Of a stretch of DNA of 48,015 nucleotides, positions 38,341-46,884 are shown one piece after another. Both the position numbers and the translations under genes were made by a program. This stretch comes from Alphaproteobacteria bacterium (lineage in GTDB: Bacteria > Pseudomonadota > Alphaproteobacteria > UBA6615). How positions within the stretch are numbered: the stretch's first letter is position 1; every line of letters starts with the position of its first letter. The notes under the pieces were generated by a model that worked only from the letters and a program-made list of their open reading frames with translations, searched no databases and was not told where the DNA came from. The stretch lies in contig JABJAG010000076.1 in assembly GCA_018666195.1 (NCBI GenBank), forward strand, positions 1 through 48,015, in the 5' to 3' direction.

Positions 38341-38417
38341 GGCGGAGTAGCTCAGTTGGTTAGAGCAGGGGAATCATAATCCTCGTGTCGGGGGTTCAAA
38401 TCCCTCCTCCGCTACCA
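38341..38417 (+). tRNA. tRNA-Met (anticodon CAU), elongator type
   Basis: 77 nt with a cloverleaf traced by hand. The acceptor stem is GGCGGAG/CTCCGCT (G1-U72), the D-arm is GTAGCTCAGTTGGTTAGAGC, the anticodon CAT is at 38375-38377, the T-loop is GGTTCAAATCC, and CCA is encoded. It lacks the initiator features (a 1:72 mismatch and three G:C pairs in the anticodon stem). An Ile2 (lysidine) identity cannot be fully excluded by eye. Confidence 0.88.
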
Positions 38418-38426
38418 ATCCCCTCA

Positions 38427-38456
38427 AAAGCCGGTCCCTTTGGCCGGCTTTCGTGT
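38427..38456. terminator. bidirectional rho-independent terminator
   Basis: AAAGCCGG (38427-38434)/CCGGCTTT (38444-38451), flanked by T-runs on both strands. It lies between the tRNA (+) and the hydrolase (-). Confidence 0.6.
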
Positions 38457-38469
38457 TTCTGGAGGGTCG

Positions 38470-39285
38470 TTATTCGCGGCCCACAAAGTCTGTGATCATC
38501 GGCATGATCTGATCTGCAAATTTTCCCGAGAGACTGTGGCTGACACCACTGATCTCGGTGAATGTGGCATCGCCTCCACGTTCCCGAAATTCCGCGACGA
38601 ATGTTTTCGCAAGACCCGGACGGGTGTTGCTGTCGTTACGTCCGGTGACGGCAAGGATACGCGTCTGTGGCGAAATACCTTCGATAAAGTCGCCGGGGGA
38701 GAGTGAGGCGGGCCAGGAGCTTGCGTTGCGTTCGGCGCGCCAGCGGGTGATGTAACAGGGGCAGGAGATCAGGACCGCCCCATCGAGGACATCGGGGTGT
38801 CGACCCGCGATGACCGCAGCCGTCGCCGCGCCACCGGAATGGCCGATGACGAAAGTGCGCGACGCCGTGTGATGGGATGCCAGATTTTTAACGGCATCGG
38901 CAACGGCGTCTATGTTGGTGCCAGTGTAATGATCCCGCCGGCCGTTGGTACTGCCCTGTGATTTCTTGCCCTTGCCATTGTCATATCCGGGACGAAGCAT
39001 CGCGACGATTGTCGCATTGGGAATCTGTGCAGCGACTTTCTGCGCAAACCATTTGTTGTAGGTCGGCGGTTTGCCGCTCGACATGTCGCCGTGCAGGACA
39101 ACGATCAGGGGCGCACCCGGGTTTTGCGTGACCGTTTCCACGGCAATGCAATAATTCTTTCCCTGCACGCCATGGGTCGGATCGCTTTTGTCACAATCAT
39201 TGGCGCGGGCCGTCGGAACCTGAGCAACCAGGACGGTAAACAGGCCCGTGAAAAATGCTGCGCGAATGAAGTGATTGGCCATCAT
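38470..39285 (-). CDS. secreted alpha/beta hydrolase (esterase/dienelactone hydrolase-like)
   Basis: ORF 38470..39435, trimmed to ATG 39285. It has a signal peptide (MMANHFIRAAFFTGLFTVLVAQVPTARA), the nucleophile GHSGG and a later GRND / SHS triad pattern. Confidence 0.7.
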   Translation of the reverse strand: MMANHFIRAAFFTGLFTVLVAQVPTARANDCDKSDPTHGVQGKNYCIAVETVTQNPGAPLIVVLHGDMSSGKPPTYNKWFAQKVAAQIPNATIVAMLRPGYDNGKGKKSQGSTNGRRDHYTGTNIDAVADAVKNLASHHTASRTFVIGHSGGAATAAVIAGRHPDVLDGAVLISCPCYITRWRAERNASSWPASLSPGDFIEGISPQTRILAVTGRNDSNTRPGLAKTFVAEFRERGGDATFTEISGVSHSLSGKFADQIMPMITDFVGRE

Positions 39286-39427
39286 GTGGGGGCTCCAAAT
39301 GTATATCGTCCGGCGGTCCGAACTCTTGTGCATATCCGGTGGTGGGTTAGTGGCTTTTTCGCGTGTATTGTCCTCCGATAACAAGGGTCGCCGCAACGGC
39401 GGAATCCCTTCGTTGCGGGAGACTGTG

Positions 39428-40279
39428 ATGCACAAGATCGGCAGGTTTGATCCAAAGACGTTGTCGCCACATCCGAAGTATGGACATCATGCCGACGGTC
39501 TGAACTGGTCGCCCTTTGTCGAGCATGCTGACGACACCGTACATATCTCCTACGGGATTATCGAAGTGATCCCCGGCGGCAAAACAGAAACGACCATCCA
39601 GGCTCACGAAACCGGCATGTACATGATTGCCGGTGAAGTTGAGGTGCTTCGCGACGGGAAGGCCTATCGCCTCATCGAGGGCGACTTCATGCTGATCCCG
39701 ACCGGGATTGAACATGCTTATCGCAACACCGGGGATACTTCGGCGCGTTGGGTCGAAATGTGCGCGCCGCAGCCCAAAGCCCCGGATGCCTGGCGGGACA
39801 CCTGGTTCTGCGGGGCGGCGGACTGGCGTAATGACGCTGCTCTGATAAATTTGGCCGACCGACGGATGCAGATGGTTGGTCACTACGGCTACGCGCAGCA
39901 CACGCCACCGCTCACCATCTCACCCGACCTGGACGGCTTTTCACAGCGCATGATGATCGATGATGTGTTTGGCGCAGTGCATTTCAACATGTTCGTTATC
40001 AGCTTTGCTGATGGCGGTATCTGCAACCACCACGACCATGCCTTCGAAGAAGCCTATTACGTGCTGGGGGGAGAGGTGGACATCGTCTTCGATGGACAGG
40101 AATACGTCCTGAAAGAAGGCGACTTTGCCTGGACCGGAGTTGGCGCGCAGCATGCGTTTTTCCCGCGTAAAGGCTCCCCGGTGCACTGGCTCGAAATTCA
40201 GGCGCCCCAGCCACCCGTTCGGGAGGGTGTGCGCTTCCACAGTCCGTGGGACTACATGACCACCGTGCTCAAGTTTTAG
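39428..40279 (+). CDS. bicupin protein
   Basis: ORF 39275..40279, trimmed to ATG 39428. The C-terminal cupin has full motifs (GGICNHHDHAFEEAYYVLGG, then GDFAWTGVGAQH). The N-terminal cupin has a perfect motif 2 (GDFMLIPTGIEHAYRN) but a degenerate motif 1. Confidence 0.75.
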   Translation: MHKIGRFDPKTLSPHPKYGHHADGLNWSPFVEHADDTVHISYGIIEVIPGGKTETTIQAHETGMYMIAGEVEVLRDGKAYRLIEGDFMLIPTGIEHAYRNTGDTSARWVEMCAPQPKAPDAWRDTWFCGAADWRNDAALINLADRRMQMVGHYGYAQHTPPLTISPDLDGFSQRMMIDDVFGAVHFNMFVISFADGGICNHHDHAFEEAYYVLGGEVDIVFDGQEYVLKEGDFAWTGVGAQHAFFPRKGSPVHWLEIQAPQPPVREGVRFHSPWDYMTTVLKF

Positions 40280-40348
40280 GACGAGTTTCCAAAACCGACG
40301 CTCTTTCTGCTATCACCTCTTTATCCAACCTCATTCCGAGAGCTATTT

Positions 40349-41881
40349 ATGTCTGATACTGCCCCGCTTACCATCCGCTTGAATGACAGTGACAATGTCG
40401 TTGTTGCGCGCGCCGAAATTCTTCCCGGAACTGTGGTTCCCGGCGAGAATGTCTCGACGAGCGCGCCCGTTCCGCGCGGCCACAAGATTGCGACCCAGGC
40501 GATCGGTAAAGGTCAGACGGTCATCAAATACGACCAGATCATCGGCTATGCGTCTGAAGACATCGCCCCGGGCGATCACATTCACACCCACAACTGCGAA
40601 TTCCGGGCTGTGGAGCGCGACTATCAGTTCGCGACCGATCTGCGCGAAACCGCCATGGTGCCCGCAGAAGAGCAGAGGACCTTTGAGGGCTATGTGCGCA
40701 AGAACGGCTCGGTCGGGACGCGGAATTATATTGGCATTCTGACATCGGTGAATTGCTCGGCGACCGTGGCGAAGTACATCGCGGATTCATTCAATGCGAG
40801 TGGCAAACTGGCTGACTATCCGAATATCGATGGCGTATCGGCATTTGTGCACGCAACGGGTTGTGGCATGGCGGATTCCGGCGACGGCTATGCAAACCTG
40901 CAGCGCACGCTTTGGGGCTATGCCCGCCATCCGAATTTTGCCGGGGTGCTGATCGTCGGGCTGGGTTGTGAAGTGAATCAGATTCCGTTTTTGCTTGACG
41001 CTTACGGCCTGGAACTCAACGACACATTCCAGACTATGACCATTCAGGAATCCGGCGGTACTCGCAAAACTGTTGATGGCGCGATTGAGCGCATCACTTC
41101 GATGCTGGAACCGGCCAATGCGGCGGTCCGCACCACAGTGCCGGCCAGCGAGCTGACGGTGGCGCTGCAATGTGGTGGCTCTGATGCCTATTCGGGTATC
41201 ACCGCCAATCCGGCGTTGGGCAATGCGGTGGATCGTCTGGTTGCCAACGGTGGCACGGGTATCCTGGCCGAGACCCCGGAAATCTATGGCGCGGAACATC
41301 TCCTGACCCGTCGCGCGGTCAACGCCGAGGTTGGTCAGAAGCTGGTGGACCGGATCAAATGGTGGGAGGACTACACGGCCCGCAACCATGGTTCGATGGA
41401 CAACAATCCTTCACCGGGCAACAAGGCTGGTGGTCTGACAACCATTCTCGAGAAATCCCTCGGCGCAGCGGCCAAGGGCGGCACGACGAACCTGGCTGGT
41501 GTCTATAAATACGCCGAACCGATCGACACCAAGGGTTTTGTGTTCATGGACTCACCGGGCTTTGACCCGGCTTCGATCACGGGCGAAGTGGCGTCTGGCG
41601 CAAATCTGGTCTGCTTCACCACGGGCCGCGGTTCGGTCTATGGCTGCAAGCCCGCTCCGTCGATCAAGCTCGCGACAAACACGCCGATGTACAACAGCAT
41701 GACCGAGGATATGGATATCAATGCCGGTCAGATCGCCGATGGTGACGCCACAGTCCAGGATGTGGGCGAGGAGATCTTCGACTACATGCTTGAGATTGCC
41801 AGCGGGAAACAATCAAAGTCGGAAGCTTTGGGCTTTGGCGACAATGAGTTTATCCCGTGGCAAGTCGGCGCTGTGATGTAG
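40349..41881 (+). CDS. UxaA family sugar-acid dehydratase (altronate/galactarate dehydratase-like)
   Basis: 510 aa. It has an N-terminal SAF domain (DNVVVARAEILPGT...RGHKIA...GDHIHTHN), a UxaA core and conserved Cys residues. Confidence 0.85.
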   Translation: MSDTAPLTIRLNDSDNVVVARAEILPGTVVPGENVSTSAPVPRGHKIATQAIGKGQTVIKYDQIIGYASEDIAPGDHIHTHNCEFRAVERDYQFATDLRETAMVPAEEQRTFEGYVRKNGSVGTRNYIGILTSVNCSATVAKYIADSFNASGKLADYPNIDGVSAFVHATGCGMADSGDGYANLQRTLWGYARHPNFAGVLIVGLGCEVNQIPFLLDAYGLELNDTFQTMTIQESGGTRKTVDGAIERITSMLEPANAAVRTTVPASELTVALQCGGSDAYSGITANPALGNAVDRLVANGGTGILAETPEIYGAEHLLTRRAVNAEVGQKLVDRIKWWEDYTARNHGSMDNNPSPGNKAGGLTTILEKSLGAAAKGGTTNLAGVYKYAEPIDTKGFVFMDSPGFDPASITGEVASGANLVCFTTGRGSVYGCKPAPSIKLATNTPMYNSMTEDMDINAGQIADGDATVQDVGEEIFDYMLEIASGKQSKSEALGFGDNEFIPWQVGAVM

Positions 41882-41896
41882 CCTGAGGGCCTTCTG

Positions 41897-42637
41897 ATGA
41901 AAGCAATGGATTTGACCGGCCGGGTGGCGCTCGTCACCGGCGGCAGTCGCGGTATCGGTGCTGCAACAGCAATTCTGCTGGCGGAGGCGGGGGCTGCGGT
42001 TGGTGTGAACTACGTCGCCAACGAAGAGGCTGCCGCAAGTACCGTGGCCGCAATCGAAGCTGCTGGTGGAACGGCCATCGCCGTGCGCGGTGACGTTACG
42101 GACAAGGATGCGGTCACGTTGATGACAGGCACTGTGGAGGACCGACTGGGGCCGATTGATATCCTTGTTGCGAGTGCTGGAATTTCACAACGACTTGAGA
42201 TGGAAGAGACGACCGAAGAGGATTTCAACAATATCCTTCAGGCCAATCTGACATCGGCTTTTCTGTGCTCGCAGGCGGTCATTCCGGGCATGCGCGAGCG
42301 CGGCTGGGGACGTCTGATCTATGTGAGTTCGGGAGCGGCTTACAATGGTGGCCGGGTCGGTATTCACTATTCGGCGGCCAAGGGCGGCATGGAGGCGCTT
42401 TGTCGTGCCTATGCGCTGCGCATGATGGAAGAAGGGGTCACAGCGAACTGTGTCGCTCCCATCATGATTGAAACCGATATGAGCAGCACCGCGACCGAGA
42501 AGAACAAGCGGTTCTCGCCGCCGGTCGGCCGAGGTGGTCACGTCGATGAAGTTTCGACCGCTGTGCTGATGTTGGCAACCAACGCCTATATGACCGGCCA
42601 GACCGTGCACATGAATGGCGGGCTGTACTTTAATTAG
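41897..42637 (+). CDS. SDR family oxidoreductase (FabG-like)
   Basis: The cofactor motif is TGGSRGIGAA, and the catalytic motifs are NGG / YSAAK. Confidence 0.85.
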   Translation: MKAMDLTGRVALVTGGSRGIGAATAILLAEAGAAVGVNYVANEEAAASTVAAIEAAGGTAIAVRGDVTDKDAVTLMTGTVEDRLGPIDILVASAGISQRLEMEETTEEDFNNILQANLTSAFLCSQAVIPGMRERGWGRLIYVSSGAAYNGGRVGIHYSAAKGGMEALCRAYALRMMEEGVTANCVAPIMIETDMSSTATEKNKRFSPPVGRGGHVDEVSTAVLMLATNAYMTGQTVHMNGGLYFN

Positions 42638-42707
42638 TCGGGACGTTCAGGCAGCAACGCCAAAGTCGAAATTAGTCGGGACGTTCAGGCAGCAACGCCA
42701 AAGTCGA
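42632..42707. repeat. perfect 2 x 38-bp tandem duplication spanning the SDR stop codon and the nadC 3' end
   Basis: AATTAGTCGGGACGTTCAGGCAGCAACGCCAAAGTCGA occurs at 42632-42669 and again at 42670-42707. The flanking bases on both sides mismatch. Confidence 0.95.
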
Positions 42708-43545
42708 GACCGAGATCTAGCGCCGGTGCCGAATGGGTGATCCATCCTGCTGAAATGATGTCGACGCCTGAGGCTGCGACCGCAGGCACCTGATCGGCCG
42801 TGATCCGGCCTGATGCTTCAGAGATGGCCCACCCATCAATGGTTTGCACGGCGCGGCGCAGCCTTTCGGGGTCCATGTTGTCGAGCAGAACCGCATCAAC
42901 GCCTTCGGACAGTGCTTCATCAAGCTGTTCGAGTGTGTCGACCTCGACTTCGATTTTTACCATATGGCCAATATTGCTTTTCGCGCGCTGGATGGCTGGA
43001 CGGATGCCGCCAGCCAGTGCGACGTGATTGTCTTTTATGAGGATACCGTCATCCAGCCCAAACCGGTGGCTGACGCCACCGCCAGCGCGTACGGCATGTT
43101 TTTCCAGCGTCCGCAGGTTGGGAGTCGTTTTACGGGTGCAGGTGATGCGCGCTTTGTTGTTCCCGACCGCTGCCACGAGTTCAGCTGTAACGGTTGCGAC
43201 TCCAGACAGGTGACACATCAGGTTCAGAGCAGTGCGCTCTGCGGTTAGGACCGCGCGTGCGGGCCCTTCGATATGTAGAATGGTATCGCCTTCGCTGACC
43301 CGGGAGCCATCCGGCAATATGACCGAGACAGCTACATCGGGGTCGACCAGATTGAGCGCGATCAGTGCTGCCTGGGTTCCAGCAATCGTGCCTTCACGTC
43401 GGGCGACTACGGCACCGGAAAATTGCGCATCAGCGGTGACAACAGCATTTGTGGTGATATCGCCGGCGCGCCCCAGATCTTCGGTCAGGGCCGCGCGGAC
43501 AATCGGTTCCACGAGCAGGTTGGGCAGTGGGACGAGTTCGGTCAT
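42685..43545 (-). CDS. nadC: nicotinate-nucleotide diphosphorylase (carboxylating), i.e. quinolinate phosphoribosyltransferase
   Basis: 286 aa. It has the motifs ERTALNL, CTRKTTPNLR and LIKDNH, and a TIM-barrel C-terminus. Confidence 0.92.
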   Translation of the reverse strand: MTELVPLPNLLVEPIVRAALTEDLGRAGDITTNAVVTADAQFSGAVVARREGTIAGTQAALIALNLVDPDVAVSVILPDGSRVSEGDTILHIEGPARAVLTAERTALNLMCHLSGVATVTAELVAAVGNNKARITCTRKTTPNLRTLEKHAVRAGGGVSHRFGLDDGILIKDNHVALAGGIRPAIQRAKSNIGHMVKIEVEVDTLEQLDEALSEGVDAVLLDNMDPERLRRAVQTIDGWAISEASGRITADQVPAVAASGVDIISAGWITHSAPALDLGLDFGVAA

Positions 43546-43565
43546 GGTTCGGGGTCCGTGGCTGA

Positions 43566-44588
43566 CTAGCGAATTTCGAGCATGCGCTCGACAGCGCGTC
43601 GAGCGGGGGCGGCTATCGCAGGATCAACCTTGATCTCATGGCTCATGGTTTCGAGAGCGTGGCGGATTTTTGGCAATGTGATCCGCTTCATGTGCGGGCA
43701 GAGATTGCAGGGGCGCACAAACTCGACGTCGGGAACTTCGGCGGCAACATTGTCGCTCATGGAACACTCAGTGAGGAGCAGCACGCGTCCCGGGCGTTCG
43801 GTTTTCACATGGTTGATCATCTGGGCGGTGGACCCAACGAAATCGGCCGCGTCGAGAACATCGGGTGGGCATTCCGGGTGGGCGATGACTACAAGGCCCT
43901 CGACACCCTTGCGATACGCGCCGATCTCTTCCGGTGTGAACCGCTCATGGACTTCGCAGTGCCCATGCCATGCGATGACCTCCACATTGGTCTGACCGGC
44001 CACATAGTTGGCCAAATACTCGTCGGGCAGAAACAGCACGCGGTCCGTACCGAGTGACTCCACAACAGCAACAGCGTTGCCGGAGGTGCAGCAGACATCG
44101 GATTCAGCTTTGACCTCTGCTGAGGTATTCACATAGGTCACCACGGGCACGCCGGGATAGCGTTCGCGCATCAATCGTATGTCGGCACCAGTGATGGAAT
44201 CTGCCAGTGAACACCCGGCATCCATGTCCGGGATCAGGACTGTTTTTTCCGGGCACAGGATCTTCGCGGTCTCGGCCATGAAGTGGACACCGCACAGCAC
44301 GATACATTCGGCGTCCGTCTCCGCCGCTTCGCGGGCGAGGGCGAGGGAGTCTCCGACGATGTCGGCGACGCAGTGGAAAATTTCGGGCGTTTGGTAATTG
44401 TGCGCGAGGATGACAGCGTTGCGTTCTTTCTTCAGGCGCAGGATGGCGTCGATGTCGGGCGCGAAGGCAGGCCATTCAACAGGCGGAATGACGGTTTTGA
44501 CGCGCTCATAGAGCGGTTGCATCCGGGACGCGATGGCGGCGGTGAACTCACCTTCCTGGGGAGAGGTGGGGTGCTGGGTTTGCGACAT
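43566..44588 (-). CDS. nadA: quinolinate synthase
   Basis: 340 aa, with [19 protein letters not shown], the three cluster Cys residues and CPHMK. Confidence 0.92.
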   Translation of the reverse strand: MSQTQHPTSPQEGEFTAAIASRMQPLYERVKTVIPPVEWPAFAPDIDAILRLKKERNAVILAHNYQTPEIFHCVADIVGDSLALAREAAETDAECIVLCGVHFMAETAKILCPEKTVLIPDMDAGCSLADSITGADIRLMRERYPGVPVVTYVNTSAEVKAESDVCCTSGNAVAVVESLGTDRVLFLPDEYLANYVAGQTNVEVIAWHGHCEVHERFTPEEIGAYRKGVEGLVVIAHPECPPDVLDAADFVGSTAQMINHVKTERPGRVLLLTECSMSDNVAAEVPDVEFVRPCNLCPHMKRITLPKIRHALETMSHEIKVDPAIAAPARRAVERMLEIR

Positions 44589-44727
44589 CGCAAATTAAAC
44601 TCCGAATGAGAATATGAGGCGTCAAAAGAAACGGTCGAGAAGGTCCGACCATGCGCATTAGACTAACATTGAGTATTAGGTGGCCGTCAAGCCGTCAGAA
44701 CCGGTTTTTCAACAGACAACGAAACGG

Positions 44728-45735
44728 TCAGTTTGAGGTAGAGTTGCGACGCGAGTTTGTGGTGGGCAGGCCGACACCGCTGGCGGGGCGTTCGAGCAGA
44801 ACGTCGCGGCGAAAGCGGATCAGACGTGCCGGGCGACCGCCGGTGTTGGAAGTCACAGCGCCTGTTTCCTCGACCAGACCCTGATGCTCCACAAGACGGC
44901 GGAAGTTGGGCTTGTGCAGTTCGATCCCTGCCAGCGCTTCGACGGTGCGTTGCAGTTGCAGGAAAGTGAACCGCGGCGGCATCAGTTCGAAGACAACGGG
45001 CCGGTATTTGATCTTGCCGCGCAGGCGCGAGATGCCGGTGGCGAGAATACGCCGGTGGTCGGCCAGCAGGCTTTCAGCTTCGAGGATCGCGGCCTCACGT
45101 GGTGCCCAGCAGGGGGCGCCGTCGCGATGGGCTTCGGGAACGAGCCCGATTTCGTAAAGCAGTTCATAGCGTTCCAACGCCATTTCTTCGTTCCAGCGAT
45201 CATCGGGACGCCCGAACGCCACCCGCGCGCGTTCCTCTCGGTGTTTACGTTCATCACCCGGTGCTTCTGCGATCCAGCCGGCGATACCTTCGCGCACGCG
45301 TGCCATGACAGCGGGTTCCCCGTGTCGCCAGTCCTCCCAGGGAAAGAACCGATACCAGCTGACCCATGTCACATCGTGATCTTTGCGGGCACGGGATTCG
45401 CGCACGAGCGCGAGATAGCCGATCGACAATGCGCGGCTGGGTTGCCCGAGGGCGCTGGCATGTCGGTTGGCGTCCCCGAAGGTGTAAAGCTGTTCCACAT
45501 AACCCAGCCGGTAACCCACCAGTTCCTCGACCCAGCTTCGCAGACCGGCATCGAGGGTGCGGTGGCGCGCCTCCAGCGGGCCGGATGGCAAGGCAACAGG
45601 GTGTTTGGTGTCGGGCTGGTGGACGAGCACGCGCGGACCATCGGGAGATGCTGAAACGATAACGGCGCTGAGATCGACCGTTACGCCACCCTGAGCCGTT
45701 CCGACGCCGGGGCGTTGTCGGGTCGCTCGGGTCAT
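44728..45735 (-). CDS. nadQ: Nudix-like/wHTH regulator of NAD biosynthesis (NadQ, COG4111-like)
   Basis: ORF 44728..45813, trimmed to ATG 45735. It has an N-terminal Nudix-like fold without an obvious intact Nudix box. The C-terminal wHTH block is HKPNFRRLVEHQGLVEETG...GGRPARLIRF, as in NrtR/NadQ regulators. It is adjacent to nadA-nadC. Confidence 0.65.
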   Translation of the reverse strand: MTRATRQRPGVGTAQGGVTVDLSAVIVSASPDGPRVLVHQPDTKHPVALPSGPLEARHRTLDAGLRSWVEELVGYRLGYVEQLYTFGDANRHASALGQPSRALSIGYLALVRESRARKDHDVTWVSWYRFFPWEDWRHGEPAVMARVREGIAGWIAEAPGDERKHREERARVAFGRPDDRWNEEMALERYELLYEIGLVPEAHRDGAPCWAPREAAILEAESLLADHRRILATGISRLRGKIKYRPVVFELMPPRFTFLQLQRTVEALAGIELHKPNFRRLVEHQGLVEETGAVTSNTGGRPARLIRFRRDVLLERPASGVGLPTTNSRRNSTSN

Positions 45736-45920
45736 GACTGGGGACTCAGCTGCATGGGTCTTCCTCGTGTGCTGACTCTTATCGGTTTCCGTTCCTCGAA
45801 GAAAGGGACCCATCTCTCAGTGTGACGAAACCAGCGTGCGACTGTTGCCCTGGGGGCAAGGGTTCTGTTGTCGCAACGAAGGTTCTGTTCGAACGTTCGG
45901 GTGGTAGGCTGAACGCAACA

Positions 45921-46859
45921 ATGTCACCGGAGAGAACCATGCCACCAAAAGCCATTCTGCCGACGCCTGATCCGTCAAAAACGTTGTCGACCGCCAATCC
46001 GGACCTTCGCAAGATGGTCAATGTTGGCGATGCAGAGATGGCATATATCGACATCGGGGAAGGGGACCCGATTATTTTTCTGCACGGCAACCCCACCTCG
46101 TCCTTTCTGTGGCGTGATGTCATTCCACATGTCGAAGGTATGGGGCGCATCATCGTGCCGGACTTCATTGCGCATGGCTGGTCGTCGACGTCAGGCCATG
46201 CTGGCTAACGGTTTCAGGACAATATTGATTATTTCGATGCGTTCTTTGAGGCGCTGGACCTGACGAAGAATGTCACGCTGGTGATCCATGACTGGGGCGC
46301 CGCGGTCGGGTTCTATCGTGCGGCGCGGTTCCCCGAGCAGGTGCAGGGGATCGCTTATATGGAGGCCATGGTCTGGCCACGTCACTGGACGGACATTCCC
46401 GAAGAGCGTGTGGGTGCGTTCAAAAGCTTTCGGACGCCAGAAGGAGAGAAAGCGGCACTGGAGAAGAATCTGTTCGTTGAAATGATGTTGTTCGAGCGGG
46501 GCATCATCAGGGATCTCTCGGACGCCGAGAAAGAGGTTTACCGCTATCCAACCACCCGGCCGGGTGGCACCAAGGCGCCGAGTATCATCATGCCCAACGA
46601 TATTCCGTTCGATGGTGAGCCGGCCGACAATCATGCGCTGGTGAAGTTCTACGCTGATTGGCTGGTGGAGACCGACACACCCAAGCTGTTTATCAACGCT
46701 GATGAAGGCCACGGGCTTGCGGGTGCCGCGCGTGAGCATGCACGCACGTTCAAGAACCAGACCGAGATCACGGTTCACGGGCGTCATTACATGCAGGAAG
46801 ATTGCCCGGACGAAGTTGGAGCCGCGGTGGCTGGTTTTGTGCGCAGTCTGCGCGGCTAG
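45921..46859 (+). pseudogene. haloalkane dehalogenase (HLD-II type) interrupted by an in-frame TAA at 46206-46208
   Basis: ORFs 45822..46208 and 46281..46859 are in the same frame. Reading through gives ...[18 protein letters not shown]...[52 protein letters not shown]...GRHYMQEDCP. The stop sits where HLDs have the Tyr of a Y-R/T-F motif. Confidence 0.8.
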
Positions 46860-46884
46860 ATCGATCAGGTGATGGGGGAGGGCG

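Noticed and set aside
38341-38417. The CAU tRNA read as an initiator tRNA-fMet.
   Set aside because: Positions 1:72 pair (G-U) rather than showing the C-A mismatch. The anticodon stem has G-C, G-C, A-U next to the loop rather than three G-C pairs.
42632-42707. The 38-bp repeat read as a REP/MITE-type element or an intrinsic terminator.
   Set aside because: It has no internal inverted repeat or hairpin potential. Its content is simply the 3' ends of the two flanking genes, and I did not see it elsewhere in the window.
44632-44650. The GGTCG/CGACC hairpin read as a nadQ terminator separating nadQ from nadA.
   Set aside because: The stem is only 5 bp with an 8-nt loop, which is too weak to call. 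nadQ-nadA may be co-transcribed or may have an internal promoter.
45822-46859. The dehalogenase split read as a frameshift, or as two separate genes.
   Set aside because: Both ORFs have start coordinates congruent modulo 3, and the homology is continuous across the TAA. The downstream piece alone lacks the N-terminal half of the alpha/beta fold.
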